Source: Promethearchaeota archaeon (GTDB taxonomy: Archaea > Asgardarchaeota > Heimdallarchaeia > Hodarchaeales > Hodarchaeaceae). From it: DNA of 27,255 nt. The stretch covers positions 1 through 27,255 of the forward strand of contig JBHLMN010000031.1 of assembly GCA_048938105.1 (NCBI GenBank), read 5' to 3'. Within the stretch, counting starts at the first letter, position 1; every line of letters begins with the position of its first letter. Both the position numbers and the translations under genes were made by a program. Positions 8,889 to 17,306 of the stretch are shown one piece after another. A model generated the notes under the pieces. The model searched no databases. It was not told the DNA's origin and saw nothing but the letters and a program-made list of their open reading frames with translations.

Positions 8889-9040
8889 GACTTCAAATTG
8901 TTTTTAGATGATATTCTAAAGGCTATAATAAAATAAATCGTTACATAAATGATCTAAGTTATGAACAATTTCAAAAGGACGTAAAAACTGTCGACGCTGT
9001 TATAAAAAACTTAGAAATAATAGGGGAGGCTGCAAAAAAA
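8878..9040 (+). pseudogene. HEPN/DUF86 toxin pseudogene (frameshifted, truncated)
   Basis: Across two frameshifts reads MSSR/DFKLFLDDILKAI/INRYINDLSYEQFQKDVKTVDAVIKNLEIIGEAAKK; similarity ends before the R-x4-H motif. Confidence 0.85.
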
Positions 9041-9156
9041 TCGTCGAATATAACCCAGAATGAAAAGCAGTTTTTGATAGTTTATAAGCTATTTATGAGA
9101 ATTCCAAGGTAATCCAGAAGCTAGGTGAACTAGGTTACTTCCATTCGAGATATGAT

Positions 9157-10809
9157 CTAAGTATTTTCAATAATTGGTAAAATCAAATGCGATGGATACT
9201 CGGAATCATGGAATATAGTTTGATTAGCTTTAATAAAATCACTATTTAATTCATTATCACCACCAGTATTGAGATTCCTACTGATCCGGGGAAAATTGCT
9301 ACTTGATATTGCTAATCCGATCCTGTGTCCAATGAGAAATTCATTACTTGTATTCCATAAATCTATTTCATAACAATACACTTCATCAGGGATCAATAAT
9401 TCAGGATTTTCTATTCCATTGCGGAATCTAGCTCTAACCACACCATCTGTTAAAATCCTGGCATTTCCATCAAGTCCTATATCCATAAATTTTGCTGTGA
9501 AATCTGTATCTTTTGCTGAACTTGAAGCATATAATACTAATTTGATCGCTCCTGTGATTTCAAGTGGTTCTGTTAGTGGTTCACTATAATAAGTTAGAAC
9601 ATCTTTCCGAAGCATTACTATTTGTTGATCCCTTGGTCCTCTCTTCATTGGTAGTACAATAGCTGGACTGCTGTTTGCACCTCCCCATGTCAAAACTGGA
9701 TCAGCGGGATCATAAATGAATTTATCAGGTAATTCATCATTAGGTTTTTCTACAGATAATAACCCTTTTACCCAAGAACCAGATACATCTCCATTGCTAT
9801 GTAAATAAAATTTGGTTTCTTTGACCCTTGATAAAGGCCATTCTTGTTCATCACGCCATTCGTTTCTTCCCATCACAAAAATTCTAACAGGAGGTAAGGT
9901 AATAACCAAATCATTTCCTTTCAAATGCTTTTCAAAAAACTCTCTCTCAATAGAACGTAAATCTACCTTTGAGTTTGGTCCAAAATCATATTCATTTGCA
10001 GCATCACCAGCAACACTATGATCCCAAGGCCCAATTATAAGATGTGTATTTCTTTTTTGGTAATCAGAGCCCTCCTTCATTGTTTGCATAAAGAAATCTA
10101 TTGGTCCAGTTCCACAATGATCGTACCATCCTGTTACCATAAGATTTGGTGTATTTAGCTTATGAATCTTCTTAGGGCTCATATCTTCTTTCAAACCAAA
10201 CAAATGATAATTCCTCAAAATATAATGATATCTTTCAATTGGTCCATGTAGTTCATCAAGAACAGTAGTTATTGGCAATTTATAGAGATGAGGCATCCAC
10301 TCTACAGTATCAACGGGTCGGAATTCATTACTACTTTGAGCCATAAACATCCATTGAGGTATCTGACTAAACATGAATGCACCTCCGAGACGAGACATGA
10401 AACCATAAGGTAATACTTCTGGGGACATTGCTCGATGTGCAGGATGAGCTAAAAATGCAGTTTCAATTTGAACTCTTGCCAAAGCAGATCGACCGAAAGT
10501 ACCAACGATTTTATTGCTCCAAGATTGATTTATAATCCAATCAATTGTATCGTATCCATCTTCAGGATGGTTTTGCCTTGTAACTGGTCCACCTTCCGAT
10601 TTATTACGCCCCCGAATGTTTTGTAAGACAGCTACATAACCATTTTTCACCCAATATCTCGCTCTGTCATCAACCATTTCATGACCATAAGTACACCTAG
10701 CCAAAAGAGAAGGAAATTTACCATCATCATTTGGGAAGTACACAAGAGTTTGTAAATGAATTCCATCCCTCATTTTGAGCATAACTTCTTCTATTTTCAA
10801 AATTATCAC
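9157..10809 (-). CDS. CocE/NonD family hydrolase
   Basis: MRDGIHL, RGRNKSEG, DGYDTIDWI, GTFGRSA nucleophile elbow, GWYD, GPWDH, C-terminal SSSNFPR. Confidence 0.95.
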   Translation of the reverse strand: MIILKIEEVMLKMRDGIHLQTLVYFPNDDGKFPSLLARCTYGHEMVDDRARYWVKNGYVAVLQNIRGRNKSEGGPVTRQNHPEDGYDTIDWIINQSWSNKIVGTFGRSALARVQIETAFLAHPAHRAMSPEVLPYGFMSRLGGAFMFSQIPQWMFMAQSSNEFRPVDTVEWMPHLYKLPITTVLDELHGPIERYHYILRNYHLFGLKEDMSPKKIHKLNTPNLMVTGWYDHCGTGPIDFFMQTMKEGSDYQKRNTHLIIGPWDHSVAGDAANEYDFGPNSKVDLRSIEREFFEKHLKGNDLVITLPPVRIFVMGRNEWRDEQEWPLSRVKETKFYLHSNGDVSGSWVKGLLSVEKPNDELPDKFIYDPADPVLTWGGANSSPAIVLPMKRGPRDQQIVMLRKDVLTYYSEPLTEPLEITGAIKLVLYASSSAKDTDFTAKFMDIGLDGNARILTDGVVRARFRNGIENPELLIPDEVYCYEIDLWNTSNEFLIGHRIGLAISSSNFPRISRNLNTGGDNELNSDFIKANQTIFHDSEYPSHLILPIIENT

Positions 10810-10880
10810 CTAATTAGATAAACAGGACTTGTCCATGCCATGTGACCATCTTCTTGGGCTGTTTGAAAAATATAGAAACT
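10806..10880 (-). pseudogene. C-terminal remnant of a DUF3604/CehA-McbA-like metallohydrolase
   Basis: SFYIFQTAQEDGHMAWTSPVYLIR* resembles the Q-x-DG-x2-AW-x-SP terminal motif; its stop overlaps the CocE start (GTGA). Confidence 0.6.
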
Positions 10881-11151
10881 CTTTATTGAAAAAGAGAAAA
10901 TAAATTAAAACATAACTACTCCAGCTGCAGTAACGCCAATCTTTCTTTCTTTAAAAGGTTATTTCAATGCAAAGACGTCTAACGAACTCCTTGTAACGAT
11001 TACGAATCTCCCTCCAACATTGCCAAGTTCCTCTTGAATCCCTTCAGCTCTATATCCACCTACATTTTCTCGAAATTTTCCATAATAACCACCCACTATT
11101 AAATGTGAAAGATTAAGAGACTGGGAAAACGGCCTTTTTAGATTTTCCACT

Positions 11152-11268
11152 ATGGTTCAGATTTTGTTAACAAGAAGTCGCAAAATAACTATGGATCTAA
11201 ACGGAGATGGTAGGTTAACAGTTCTTGACCTTGGGTATATTTTCTTAAGAAACGATACTGTTCAATGA
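11152..11268 (+). other. 38-aa ORF or fragment with a single dockerin/EF-hand-like Ca-binding loop
   Basis: MVQILLTRSRKITMDLNGDGRLTVLDLGYIFLRNDTVQ*; DxNxDG-x5-D motif; ends 22 nt before a repeat copy. Confidence 0.5.
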
Positions 11269-11290
11269 ACTGACGAAAAAATATGATAGC

Positions 11291-11320
11291 AATGTCGTAA
11301 AAGGCTGGATTAGCACCAAT
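11291..11320 (+). repeat. Dispersed GGCTGGATT-core repeat
   Basis: AATGTCGTAAAAGGCTGGATTAGCACCAAT. Confidence 0.9.
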
Positions 11321-11451
11321 AAAGTTTTCAATTCAATTTGCTTTTACTTCTAGTCGCTGATTCTAAAAGATTATTGTTGTAAGAGTGAAATATTGAATTC
11401 CAATTCTTTTAGATTTATAATAGGAAGAGTATTCCAATTGTAAGTGGAGTA

Positions 11452-12492
11452 GTGTTAACTGAATTGCATCTAGAAAGAATCACACTAGAAAAAATTGTAT
11501 TAGGTGTGATACTGTTCTCCCAAATCCTCATTCTGAGCGCTTATTTTCTATTTCCAAGTCCCCTAAAATATACAAGCAGTTCATTTAGTTTAGAGGTAGG
11601 AAATGAAATACAAATAATAATACTAGCCCCTAATGATCAAGAATTCGCAATAGGAGACGTTCTGGGCAATATTTTAATCTACAATGTTAATGGTACATTA
11701 TTATCAAGCTGGGAAGCACATAATTTGGATGTCAGTTCGTTGAGTTATTCTGCTGATGACACAATTCTTGTTTCAGGAGGATATGATGGTTACGTTAAGA
11801 TGTGGAATGTGTCCACAAGGACAAATATATCGGAAATCTATGAAACAGGGGCAATTTCCAGTGTACATATCTTACTTGACAACAATGCATTGGTCTATCA
11901 ATATCTAGAAGGGAGCTCGTTAAACGATTTTCTCGTATTATGGAACCTAACCTCTGGAACGAGAACGTGGACAAAAAATGTTGGAAGACTAGAATTCATT
12001 ACCTTATCATCAAACGAAGAACTGATTACAAGCAAGTTTGTCCATCGAATAAAAGGCTGGAACGAATTACACCTCAGTTATACGAAAAATGCTTCAACAG
12101 CCTATAATTTAACAAATTTCGATGGAGCATTATATGCAGGAACATTCTCTCCCAATGGAAGACTTTTTGCAGCAGGAGGATCATTAGGGGAAGTTTATGT
12201 TTGGGATCTGGAACAAGTACAAATAATTCGCAGATTTAAAATGTTAGGCGTAATTAATGACGTTATATTCACATCCGAGGGAAGTAAAATATGTACAGTT
12301 TCAGGTGGCTATGAAAACGCCATCTGTCTCTGGGATCTAGAATCAGGAATAATGGAAAAGAAGTTAGTAATCAAATCAGAGCAGATCCCTAGTTATTTGG
12401 ATGATGTAGCTCAGATCCAAATCACTACTAATTTAACAGTAATATCGCGGAGATATTCAGGAAAGATCGAGTATTGGAGTCTGAAATCTTGA
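11452..12492 (+). CDS. Membrane-anchored WD40 repeat protein
   Basis: N-terminal hydrophobic helix; LVSGGYDGYVKMWNV, FSPNGRLFAAGGSLGEVYVWDL, ICLWDL. Confidence 0.9.
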   Translation: MLTELHLERITLEKIVLGVILFSQILILSAYFLFPSPLKYTSSSFSLEVGNEIQIIILAPNDQEFAIGDVLGNILIYNVNGTLLSSWEAHNLDVSSLSYSADDTILVSGGYDGYVKMWNVSTRTNISEIYETGAISSVHILLDNNALVYQYLEGSSLNDFLVLWNLTSGTRTWTKNVGRLEFITLSSNEELITSKFVHRIKGWNELHLSYTKNASTAYNLTNFDGALYAGTFSPNGRLFAAGGSLGEVYVWDLEQVQIIRRFKMLGVINDVIFTSEGSKICTVSGGYENAICLWDLESGIMEKKLVIKSEQIPSYLDDVAQIQITTNLTVISRRYSGKIEYWSLKS

Positions 12493-13136
12493 ACGAGGAA
12501 ATGAAAAAAATGTCAAGTGGGAGCCAGTTTTATCTCAAAGGGACAGGAATAGGTATCTTGATGTTTTGGCTTGTTATAATCCTATCTTTCTTGATAGATA
12601 TAAGATCATTAGAATTGATATTTAGACAGGCCCCTGCTCTTTTCTTACTTATCTTAATTTTGCCCTTTTTCCTAATCCTGATGTATTTCCAAACTCCGAA
12701 TGGTGTTCCTAGTATTCTATTACTTTCTTGGGAAGCAGTATGGATGCTAGGATTAATAGTATCTCATACAAAAATTATAGAGAAGAAAACTGTCTGGAAG
12801 AATACAATTTTATTTCTATTAATTTTAATAGGAGCTGCGCCATTCTTAGTTGTGCAAATTGTGGGAGTAGAATTCATTCCTTTAGTAAGCACACTGATTA
12901 ATGAAGCAGCTGTACACTATTCATTTGTATATCCACCAGCTAAATTTATACAAATCTATTGGGGAGTCCCCCTTTGGATAATAACTTGGTACTATGCATG
13001 GACGCTCAAAATTCCCCAGAATCTTGTCAGTAAAAAGTCGCTTGAAGCTACCCAACTTCAATGGTTAACTTGGTTGATAACACTCAGTGGAATCCTTATT
13101 GTGAACCCGGTACTTACCATTATTTACTTCCCTTAA
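12474..13136 (+). CDS. Hypothetical multi-pass membrane protein
   Basis: About 6 hydrophobic segments; true start probably the ATG at 12501 or 12510. Confidence 0.75.
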   Translation: MESEILNEEMKKMSSGSQFYLKGTGIGILMFWLVIILSFLIDIRSLELIFRQAPALFLLILILPFFLILMYFQTPNGVPSILLLSWEAVWMLGLIVSHTKIIEKKTVWKNTILFLLILIGAAPFLVVQIVGVEFIPLVSTLINEAAVHYSFVYPPAKFIQIYWGVPLWIITWYYAWTLKIPQNLVSKKSLEATQLQWLTWLITLSGILIVNPVLTIIYFP

Positions 13137-13239
13137 ACGTACATGAATTTAAAGACAAATAGAATCAAACTAGTTTTTCCTTTTTGAGTAATAATCAATT
13201 TATACCGAATCATTTTAGATTTTGCAATGAATTACAACG

Positions 13240-13269
13240 AACGTCGTCTATGGCTGGATTAACACCAAT
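13240..13269 (+). repeat. Dispersed GGCTGGATT-core repeat
   Basis: AACGTCGTCTATGGCTGGATTAACACCAAT; 13238-13261 is identical (24 nt) to 14009-14032. Confidence 0.9.
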
Positions 13270-13298
13270 ATTTTTTTAAGAAAACCAATCGTGTATAT

Positions 13299-13943
13299 GT
13301 GAATCCCATGTTAAAAGTTGTTTCCTTTGATGTGGTTGGCACCCTCCTAGATTCTAGCTTTGAAGATCATGTTTGGAATAGATTGATTCCCCAATTGTAT
13401 GCTAGGAAACAAGGTATTAACTTTGAAAAAGCAAAAGAATTTATTCAAATAGAATATGATAATATCGGAAATAAGGACATAAGATGGTATCTACCTTCAT
13501 ATTGGTTCAAGCATTTCGACTTAGATGAAGATCCAATAGAAGTTTTTAGATCTCAAATCAGTAAAGTGAAATTTTACCCAGAAACTCAGTTAGTGGTGAA
13601 AAAACTCAGTCAGAAATATGAATTAATCATTGTTAGCGGAACGACACGAGAAATCATTGAAATTATGATCGAGAAGGTTAGACATTATTTCAAACATATA
13701 TTTTCTCCCATATCGGATAGAAATGAAATCAAGAAGAAACCACAAATGTATGAAATGATCTGTAAGATTTTAGAGATTGAACCTAATAAAATGACACATG
13801 TTGGTGATGACTGGTATTCTGATTTCATTTCTCCAAGAAAAATGGGAATTAAGAGCTTCCACCTGGACAGAACTGGGAAAAAGAGCGGAAAATTTGTGAT
13901 CAGAGATTTAAATGAGCTAGAAAATCGCTTGAAAATCTTTTAA
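13299..13943 (+). CDS. HAD family hydrolase
   Basis: SFDVVGTL (motif I), IIVSG (II), KKKP (III), HVGDDWYSD (IV). Confidence 0.9.
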   Translation: MNPMLKVVSFDVVGTLLDSSFEDHVWNRLIPQLYARKQGINFEKAKEFIQIEYDNIGNKDIRWYLPSYWFKHFDLDEDPIEVFRSQISKVKFYPETQLVVKKLSQKYELIIVSGTTREIIEIMIEKVRHYFKHIFSPISDRNEIKKKPQMYEMICKILEIEPNKMTHVGDDWYSDFISPRKMGIKSFHLDRTGKKSGKFVIRDLNELENRLKIF

Positions 13944-14010
13944 CGGATAATAGATGAAAAATCCGATTTAGAGTTAAGTGGAAAGAGGTGTCAATACCTG
14001 TTTTAGATCG

Positions 14011-14040
14011 AACGTCGTCTATGGCTGGATTAGCATCAAG
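14011..14040 (+). repeat. Dispersed GGCTGGATT-core repeat
   Basis: AACGTCGTCTATGGCTGGATTAGCATCAAG. Confidence 0.9.
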
Positions 14041-14404
14041 AGTTCAAATTTATTAGTTATTCTTCATTTTCAAAAATACAAGGGTATATACAGTAAAATA
14101 TTCCCCGTACTTCCAACAATTCATTAAAATATTGTTTTTCTTCAAGGAAACATCCTTTTTATAAAAGTAGAGAGGAAACCGACTTAATTTCAGCTATAAC
14201 TTTATAAAGAGCTCAATTTGCTGGTTAATATGGTTTTCAGTTATATAGAATTTGATATTATAGCCTAGTTTTACAATTGTGGAATTTTAACCTTTATTAT
14301 TGATTTTTCTTCATTTTAAATGTTTGAAATTTATTATTGAGAGCAAAAGCAGAGATTTCTGGTTCTTTAGCGTGAAAACCAAACATACAATCAAAGTGAA
14401 TATA

Positions 14405-14563
14405 ATGAGTTTTGGAAATTCATACAATCGTGGACCACGAGAAATGCACAAAGTAGTCTGTGCTGATTGTGGAGTAGATACTGAAGTTCCTTTCAAACCC
14501 GATGGAATTAGACCAGTCTACTGCCAGGAATGTTATAGAAAACGCAGACCAAGAAGGTACTAA
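14405..14563 (+). CDS. CxxC-x17-CxxC domain zinc-ribbon protein (52 aa)
   Basis: REMHKVVCADCGVDTEVPFKPDGIRPVYCQECY; start moved from TTG 14300 to ATG 14405 to match the usual family size. Confidence 0.9.
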   Translation: MSFGNSYNRGPREMHKVVCADCGVDTEVPFKPDGIRPVYCQECYRKRRPRRY

Positions 14564-14605
14564 GCCACCCAAAGATTATCTAAGGATATTCTTTAATTTT
14601 CCTCC

Positions 14606-14614
14606 TTTTTTTTT
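14606..14614 (+). terminator. Oligo-T terminator candidate
   Basis: T9 tract about 40 nt after the stop at 14563. Confidence 0.4.
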
Positions 14615-14680
14615 GTTTCAAGATGATTTTAGGCTTATACTGTTCATCAAACAAACCTCTGGAATTTCGGGATAACATCC

Positions 14681-14710
14681 AACTCCGTCAAAGGCTGGAT
14701 TAACACCATT
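14681..14710 (+). repeat. Dispersed GGCTGGATT-core repeat
   Basis: AACTCCGTCAAAGGCTGGATTAACACCATT. Confidence 0.9.
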
Positions 14711-14942
14711 TTCTCTCCTAATTAGTAATTTGCTGGTCGTTTATATCGTGATTCTATCGTTTTCATCATTCTTCCTCAGTAATCTATTCAAGGTCAATCT
14801 GCTGTTTTAAGTTCTTCTCTAATAGCTAAACTTCCCTGAAAATATTTTAGTGCAAGATCGTAAGAGTAAAATGAAGAGTGAAATCTGCATTCTAATATAG
14901 TACACTTCTTAAGGAAGGAAATTCCTAGTTCAATTAGAAGGA

Positions 14943-15791
14943 ATGCTAGTAAATCAAACATTAATGTTATTAGTATCGTTCTTGTTTGTGGGGTCATATG
15001 TCATTATCCAAAACAGAAACCATGAGTGCTGTATCTGTAGACAAACCATAACCACAAATGACGAGATAGTCATCTGTCCCAATTGTCACACAATATATCA
15101 TTGGACACACTTGTCGATATGGTTGAAAATACGAAAAAAATGTCCGATATGCAAAAATATCATTAGAAATGGGTACAACTCTTTCTATTACGATCTGAAA
15201 GAGCGATATTCCGCGAGTAATAATGAAATCTCACAAACCAGTGTGATTCCACGGAGGAGAAACCAACGAGTTCCCACTCGAAAGCATTCCTTACGAGGAG
15301 ATTCCATCGTATTAGAGTGCCCCCATTGCCAAAATATCTTAGAACCATCTAACTTAGGGGAGGTAAGTCAATGTCAAATGTGTGGGTCACAGATATCCTG
15401 GATAAATGATCTTGAATCAAGGATCAAACATCTGAATAACCTACCTCTCTTCAGACCGAAGAAACATAAAAGAGGAAATGGAGGACGAAACGATAGTAAA
15501 CTTAGTTATCGAAATATTGAACAACAGAAAGAGAAAAAGCGTGAATTATTGCGAAAAGAGTTACAGGAACAGACACAATTAAAATCACAAGAACAAATGC
15601 TGGTACTCAACCAAGACTACTTTAGGAGAAAAATACCCCACCCAAGGTATGAACAATCTCTTCCGTTAAGGATAATCAACTTAGAAGAGATCAAGAAGAA
15701 TCCAAAGAAAATCAATTATTTGGGACTAGGAAGTTTTATATTGGTACTAACGGTTATCACAGTCTTTATTTTCGTCGCTATATTAGGATAA
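14943..15791 (+). CDS. RING-finger protein with second zinc ribbon, charged helical segment and C-terminal membrane anchor
   Basis: CCIC...CPNC...HWTH...W...CPIC; CPHC...CQMC; hydrophobic C-terminal tail. Confidence 0.8.
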   Translation: MLVNQTLMLLVSFLFVGSYVIIQNRNHECCICRQTITTNDEIVICPNCHTIYHWTHLSIWLKIRKKCPICKNIIRNGYNSFYYDLKERYSASNNEISQTSVIPRRRNQRVPTRKHSLRGDSIVLECPHCQNILEPSNLGEVSQCQMCGSQISWINDLESRIKHLNNLPLFRPKKHKRGNGGRNDSKLSYRNIEQQKEKKRELLRKELQEQTQLKSQEQMLVLNQDYFRRKIPHPRYEQSLPLRIINLEEIKKNPKKINYLGLGSFILVLTVITVFIFVAILG

Positions 15792-15827
15792 TTATCACTT
15801 TGATTTAATATTTAATCTCTTTTTTAC

Positions 15828-15858
15828 ATATCTGCTATCATTTAGCACTAGTAGATAT
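15828..15858. terminator. Inverted repeat between convergent genes
   Basis: ATATCTGCTA-N11-TAGTAGATAT (9/10 Watson-Crick pairs). Confidence 0.3.
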
Positions 15859-15879
15859 TTAATAATCTGATAAATCAAT

Positions 15880-16272
15880 TTACTCAAGTTTAAAATTATC
15901 AGAAGTTAACTTAATCATTTCTAAACGTGAAGGAGGTTCTCCCTCAAAAATCTCATTTGCATAGTAATCATAACTGAAGATAGCTAGATCAAACATGATC
16001 CTGTTCAGCGCTTGTCCTTTCTCAGTCAATTTATATCTCGCTCTCATCGGAGATTTGCTAACTATTCTCTTATCTATTATTCCATATTTTTCAAGCTCTC
16101 TTAACCTTTGAGACAAAACTTTACTACTTAAACCAAGATTGGCTTCTAAAATTTCAGTAAATCTTTCTTTTCCAAACCAAATATCCCTAATTACCTCAAT
16201 ACTCCATTTTCTGAAGAATTTGAGAGCGAATTTTGTTGGACATTTTTTCATTTCGACCATAAGTGGAATCAC
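15880..16272 (-). CDS. HxlR family winged-helix regulator
   Basis: CPTKFALKFFRKWSIEVIRD...RFTEI...LSSKVLSQRLRELE...YKLTEKG. Confidence 0.92.
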   Translation of the reverse strand: MIPLMVEMKKCPTKFALKFFRKWSIEVIRDIWFGKERFTEILEANLGLSSKVLSQRLRELEKYGIIDKRIVSKSPMRARYKLTEKGQALNRIMFDLAIFSYDYYANEIFEGEPPSRLEMIKLTSDNFKLE

Positions 16273-16349
16273 TTCTTCTTTTGCTTAAAACCTTGATATT
16301 ATCCCTTTCGTTTTTTCAAAGTTAAAGAATTTTCGTACCCAAAACGATT

Positions 16350-16369
16350 TGATTACTTTTTGGTAATCA
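16350..16369. promoter_or_regulatory. Palindrome TGATTAC-N6-GTAATCA, candidate HxlR operator
   Basis: Perfect 7-bp arms in the divergent hxlR/dinB-like intergenic region. Confidence 0.5.
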
Positions 16370-16485
16370 TCTAACCTAATGGTAGCAAAAATGATTTAAT
16401 GAGTTAATTTTATTGAATTTATTGATCTCTTGACTATCATGATAATGAATTCCGTTTTAAGTAGTTAAGAAAAGCTGGTATAGTC

Positions 16486-16947
16486 ATGGATTATCTAATA
16501 ATTTTGGAAAAGCAATATTCATACACTAAAAACCTTTTAATGGCACGAAAAGCCCAATTTCAAGAATCCTTTGAAAAACCTCTGTTTGAAAGAGAACAAA
16601 CGGCCGCTGAAGTATACATTCACGGACTCACTCCCCTTTACAGATCGTGTATGAAGATTCTTAACCCTGAAATAGATGAATCAACACTCAAACTTGAATT
16701 TAACTGTGAATTATCTTTGCCAGAGCAATATATTGATTTGTATAATCAAGTTCTGAAAATTCTCAAAGAAATAGAGGAAACCATGACATCCGAGGATTTA
16801 AAGGCGCATATTATGTATCCATTTGATCCTGATACTACAATTTCAAGATTAGAATGGATTGGGCTTAATATTATGCATGCTGTAACACATATAGGACAAG
16901 CATTACGATTACAATCACTTTATCTACATCATAAATTAAATAAGTAG
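16486..16947 (+). CDS. DinB/YfiT superfamily protein
   Basis: YIH...IMHAVTHIGQ histidine triad pattern; 153 aa, helical. Confidence 0.75.
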   Translation: MDYLIILEKQYSYTKNLLMARKAQFQESFEKPLFEREQTAAEVYIHGLTPLYRSCMKILNPEIDESTLKLEFNCELSLPEQYIDLYNQVLKILKEIEETMTSEDLKAHIMYPFDPDTTISRLEWIGLNIMHAVTHIGQALRLQSLYLHHKLNK

Positions 16948-17050
16948 GTAAAACATAACGGGTGGACCTATAATGATAAAAGATTCACAACATGGAATTT
17001 TCAAGCCAAAGTATATAGATCTTGTTCTTTTTGGTGAAAATGTGAAATAA

Positions 17051-17080
17051 TACTTCGCAAAAGGATGGTTTAGGTTGGCA
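17051..17080 (+). repeat. Degenerate copy of the dispersed repeat
   Basis: 17055-17072 TCGCAAAAGGATGGTTTA matches 18549-18566 TCGCAAAAGGCTGGATTA at 16/18; starts 103 nt after the DinB-like stop. Confidence 0.7.
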
Positions 17081-17306
17081 AAATATACACTAGAGTATAT
17101 ACTAAGACATATATTAACACATGGGAGAGGATAGCTTATAGATAATCTCGTTAGTTTCATTAAAGTTTTTCAACGGATATAAATTCCACCATTGAAAAGG
17201 TTCGGAACATTTGTGTGAAAATTATTAAAAATCCAGCAATAATTATAACACTAGAGAGAAATAAATGGACAATAAAAGTCATTAATCTTATCAATAATCT
17301 AAGAAT

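Noticed and set aside
12049-12061. AAAAGGCTGGA inside the WD40 gene
   Set aside because: Encodes KGW in an intact ORF, and the arms do not match.
17230-17238. AATCCAGCA, an 8/9 core match on the minus strand
   Set aside because: No arm similarity.
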